Part shown: positions 60,787 to 64,000 of the stretch, piece by piece
How the letters are laid out: each line of letters starts with the position of its first letter
How positions within the stretch are numbered: the first letter of the stretch is position 1
The notes under the pieces: model-generated
The model's database searches: none
What the model was told of the DNA's origin: nothing
Seen by the model: the letters and a program-made list of their open reading frames with translations, nothing else
Assembly (NCBI GenBank): GCA_037308085.1
Contig: CP147779.1
Location: 1,312,001-1,376,000 of the forward strand
DNA: 64,000 nt
Direction: 5' to 3'
Source of the DNA: Promethearchaeati archaeon SRVP18_Atabeyarchaeia-1
GTDB lineage: Archaea > Asgardarchaeota > Atabeyarchaeia > Atabeyarchaeales > Atabeyarchaeaceae
Made by a program: the position numbers and the translations under genes

Positions 60787-61413
60787 ATGCCATCAATATT
60801 GAAACGGATCTTTTCAAGGAAGCTGACTGCAATCTATGGATTGGTGGGACCACTGCTCACCTATGCCTTCATTTTGATAGCCATATCGCTGGCACCTTGG
60901 TTTAGCTGGACAGCCAATGCTCTCAGTGATCTTGGAAACATAGTCACGCACACAGCATCGGCTCCAGTTTTCAACTATGGGCTGATAATCGGCGGAGTGG
61001 TGATAACTCTCTTCGCAATCGGGATGGTGCTAGAGGTCAAGGGCAACATCATGGGCCTGTTGGGGGCACTGACATTGGTCACCTCCGGTCTTGGGATCTT
61101 CTTCGTGGGTGTCTTCCCAGAGAACTTCATACTTCAACACGTCATTTCCGCCTTTACGTACTTCATATCGATCATAGTCGGTTCGTTCCTCTTTGGCGTA
61201 GCCTATTCGACTCGCAAGTCCACTAGGTTTCTCGGCGTCCTTGTCTTCGCACTGGGAGTAGTAGCAGCATTCGGGCTGTTTCTACTTCCGATTCTCATCC
61301 AATTGCCTGGCGCCGCGATTCCGGAGATGATTGGGTCTGTCGCTCAATACATATGGGTCATAATAATCTGTGCGAGATTGCTGTCAGGAAAAAGTGCCAT
61401 ACCGAAGAAGTAG
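60787..61413 (+). CDS. DUF998-family membrane protein
   Basis: PWFSWTANALSDLG, FNYGL, GVFPE, H, AIPE. Confidence 0.82.
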   Translation: MPSILKRIFSRKLTAIYGLVGPLLTYAFILIAISLAPWFSWTANALSDLGNIVTHTASAPVFNYGLIIGGVVITLFAIGMVLEVKGNIMGLLGALTLVTSGLGIFFVGVFPENFILQHVISAFTYFISIIVGSFLFGVAYSTRKSTRFLGVLVFALGVVAAFGLFLLPILIQLPGAAIPEMIGSVAQYIWVIIICARLLSGKSAIPKK

Positions 61414-61503
61414 GCAGGTATTCCGCATCGAACAAGGGAAACACGCCAAGATTAGGAACTCTTGCTGGGAACTACTTGGCTTGGACTCCAAAGTTGCAGT
61501 GGC

Positions 61504-62982
61504 TCAGTCCTCTCTTCTTAATTCGAGCTGGACTTGGGAAGGTTTCTTTCCAGCGATCCTTCTGTAAAGATGTTTCACATGGGCCAGCAGGTGGGCAAGG
61601 AACCTTTTCTCCTGCCTACGCGCTCTTTCCATGAAAGCTCGAGGAGAGAGCAATTCCGCCTTGAGCTCCCTCAATTCCTTTTTGGGCGCATATTTAGCGA
61701 AAATTGGAATTCCCACCACAATTAGGGCGAGTCCCAACAAGATTTGACTGACGCTGCACTGAGATATGATGTAAAGGGAAAAGATCACTCCCAGTACTGG
61801 AATCACCCTGCCTCCCCTGATACGAAAACTGGGTCGCCGATGCTTCCTTCGCAGAGAGAAGACCGAGGCACTAGTGGCAAGGTAGGCGACTCCCAAAAGG
61901 AAGACGGAGGTGGCAACAAGCAGGCTCAGACTGCCGAGTAGCGAGGCTATGAGCGCGGTGGTCGACTGAAACAGTATTATTAGGTAGGGTGTTTTGAATC
62001 TTCGATGAATCTTTGTGAAGGCACGCGGAAACAGACCGTCGACCGCCAAAGCGTACCCGAGGCTAGTAGTTCCTATCATTCCAGACTCATCTGAACCGGC
62101 GACAGAAATCAACGCCCCGATCCCCACGAATGTGCCGCCGATGAGCAGCCATGTGGGGTTGAAACTCAATACGAAAGCAGTCGCGGAGGCTAAGGGTGCG
62201 GTGTCCGAAGCCAACTGTATGGAAGGTCTGACTCCAAAAAGCACTGTGTTTGTAACCATGTAGAAGATGGTTACTATAGAGATTCCAAGCACGATGGCTC
62301 TTGGAATCGTTCTTCCAGGATTCTCTATCTCATCTGCCGGCAAGGTCGAAATCTCGAAGCCCGCGTACGCCCAGAAAATCAGGACCAGCGCCAAGCCGAA
62401 ATTCGAGTAACCGAAGGGTGAAAAAGGCGCAAAATTGGACATCGTCGCGACAGGATGCAGGACCATGAATATCAGTCCAATCACAGAGAAAAGAATCAGA
62501 GGTGAAAGCTTCACTAAAGTTAGTACGTCATTTGTTCTACCCGCCGATTTGGATCCAATTATGTTGCTTGTCGCCAGCACGGTCACAAATAACGCTTTGA
62601 TGATGATCTGATAGGTCAGAGAGAGATCTGGGAAAAAGAACATCAAGTACCGGACAAAAGCCACGGGAAAAACTGCAAGCGAAACCCATTCTGCGAGCCA
62701 TAGAGACCAGCCAACAATGAAGCCTGGAAAAGGCCCCCACGCTTCCTTGGCATAAGCGTATGATCCACCGACCTTTGGGACTAGAGCCGCACATTGTGCA
62801 AAAGCCAAGGCTATGACGATAGCCACGACTCCAGCCACCACCCAGACAAGGAGAGACGCGGGACCAAGATAGCCAGCCCCGAATGATGAAGCCACATAGA
62901 TGTCCGCTCCAACTATGGCTCCAACGACCAAATTCGTTACATCAAAGAGCGTGAGCTTTGATTGATTCTTAATCTTGGTCAT
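61504..62982 (-). CDS. APC-family amino acid permease
   Basis: GAIVGADIY, GGSYAY, WAYAGFE, NPGRTIP; about 12 TMs. Confidence 0.92.
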   Translation of the reverse strand: MTKIKNQSKLTLFDVTNLVVGAIVGADIYVASSFGAGYLGPASLLVWVVAGVVAIVIALAFAQCAALVPKVGGSYAYAKEAWGPFPGFIVGWSLWLAEWVSLAVFPVAFVRYLMFFFPDLSLTYQIIIKALFVTVLATSNIIGSKSAGRTNDVLTLVKLSPLILFSVIGLIFMVLHPVATMSNFAPFSPFGYSNFGLALVLIFWAYAGFEISTLPADEIENPGRTIPRAIVLGISIVTIFYMVTNTVLFGVRPSIQLASDTAPLASATAFVLSFNPTWLLIGGTFVGIGALISVAGSDESGMIGTTSLGYALAVDGLFPRAFTKIHRRFKTPYLIILFQSTTALIASLLGSLSLLVATSVFLLGVAYLATSASVFSLRRKHRRPSFRIRGGRVIPVLGVIFSLYIISQCSVSQILLGLALIVVGIPIFAKYAPKKELRELKAELLSPRAFMERARRQEKRFLAHLLAHVKHLYRRIAGKKPSQVQLELRRED

Positions 62983-63549
62983 TTCCTTCTCCCAAGACGG
63001 CGGATACTCCTTATCATTTGATGCGCATCTTTCTAAAATACTTTAACTTCTTAACCATACGCATGTTTCGGACCGAGTTGGAAGCAGGAACAGGGTCAGG
63101 AACTGGACGATGCAGGTACAAGATCAGGAAAATGGAATCATACCGACCAGTTTGATACAACTGGTTTTTCCATCAAGTCCTCAGGTCTTGTGATTCTTGA
63201 ATATCTGACATGCCGTGATCTGCGCTAAGTAATCTCGAGAAATCCATAGAACTTGAGAAGAAGAGTCCCAACCGACTGAGTGGCATGGCTCGAATGTATA
63301 CAGAACTCGAAAATCTACAAGAGGCCCCCGAGAAGGATGGGCAAGCTTTTCAGAATGGCGCCTAAGGACAACTAAAGCTGACAGACCAAATAGCAGGAAA
63401 AAACCAAACCAAGAAAGCAACATGGCCTTGCATCTGCGAAATAGTCGAGCCGCGGAAAATCAAACAAGAAATAAAATCAGATGGAGAAAGTCGATTTCAC
63501 AGCGCAGAAAAGGGCAACAGCCTGGACCTTCCAAAAAGACCTAGACTAC

Positions 63550-63645
63550 CTAGGCCTTCTTCGGATGAGCCTTCTTCTTGTGCGTACCTAACTCCTTTTT
63601 CGACTTGAACTCCTCACCACATTCACACTTATACTTCTCGGGCAT
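63550..63645 (-). CDS. 31-aa C2H2 zinc-finger microprotein (not in ORF track)
   Basis: MPEKYKCECGEEFKSKKELGTHKKKAHPKKA; GAGGTGA RBS and TTTATAAA TATA box upstream. Confidence 0.82.
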   Translation of the reverse strand: MPEKYKCECGEEFKSKKELGTHKKKAHPKKA

Positions 63646-63684
63646 TCCTCTATCACCTCTGTTAGAGCCTAGGGGCAACTCCCC

Positions 63685-63692
63685 TTTATAAA
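63685..63692 (-). promoter_or_regulatory. TATA box of the C2H2 microprotein gene
   Basis: TTTATAAA about 40 nt upstream of the ATG. Confidence 0.6.
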
Positions 63693-64000
63693 TCTGAATA
63701 GTTCGCCTGGAGAACACTTCAGCAAATATACCTCTTCGCAGTGTCGGAACTTAAGACGTTAATCGGATGACAGATCGGTGAGTACGAACTATACGCGCAT
63801 CAACTACGGCATAGAGAACTTATGTATCCTCGGTATAGGCGCGAGAATCCTCCTGGCGATGCTCGGACAACGTGCTCGCGAAGATGAGTCGCGAACAACG
63901 GAATTCATCTATGGATGCGGGCTAAGAAGCAGAGAAACCACAATGCCGACCCCGGAAAAAAGTTGTGGGAGTAAATACGCGCGAGCCTATCTACTCTGCA

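Noticed and set aside
63181-63423. 80-aa minus-strand ORF with a hydrophobic start
   Set aside because: No recognisable family or translation signals; possibly a gene relic.
63778-64000. Open plus-strand frame running off the window end
   Set aside because: Incomplete and unrecognisable; cannot be supported from this window.
1-64000. Selenocysteine or genome-wide stop-codon recoding
   Set aside because: No conserved protein shows an internal TGA, and TGA and TAG terminate many intact genes. The internal stops I found are all in transposon relics.

Overview
An archaeal chromosomal segment, judged from TATA-like promoters, GGAGG/GGTGA ribosome-binding sites, frequent GTG/TTG starts and several Lrp/AsnC regulators. 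A tandem RING-finger protein and the hypothetical membrane proteins suggest an Asgard archaeon, possibly Bathyarchaeia; this is inference only. Most of the window is metabolic. It holds sugar and amino-sugar genes (FGGY kinase, IlvD/Edd dehydratase, GH38 mannosidase, NagB-like, Gfo/Idh/MocA, GalM), a glutamate/nitrogen cluster (two Lrp regulators, a zinc-ribbon protein, an FMN glutamate-synthase-like protein, a stand-alone RAM domain, two gdhA paralogs), copA-YHS-larE, an ABC-2 exporter, aminotransferases, DUF362 proteins and an APC permease. Three tnpB relics are present; two of them sit in IS607-type elements with decayed tnpA, and one of those appears to have cut into the 3' end of an m4C methyltransferase that converges on an m6A methyltransferase. 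The most unusual items are: (1) a 957-aa PqqD/RRE + site-2 (M50) protease + long helical domain + 2TM fusion with a divergent membrane partner and no RiPP enzymes nearby; (2) a nuclease-less convergent m6A/m4C MTase pair; (3) a zinc-ribbon + double RING-like protein; (4) an 8 x 9-bp array (ATG every 9 nt) over an AbrB promoter; (5) an unannotated 31-aa C2H2 zinc-finger microprotein. I found no rRNA, tRNA or CRISPR array. All family assignments come from motif recognition by eye; no searches were run.
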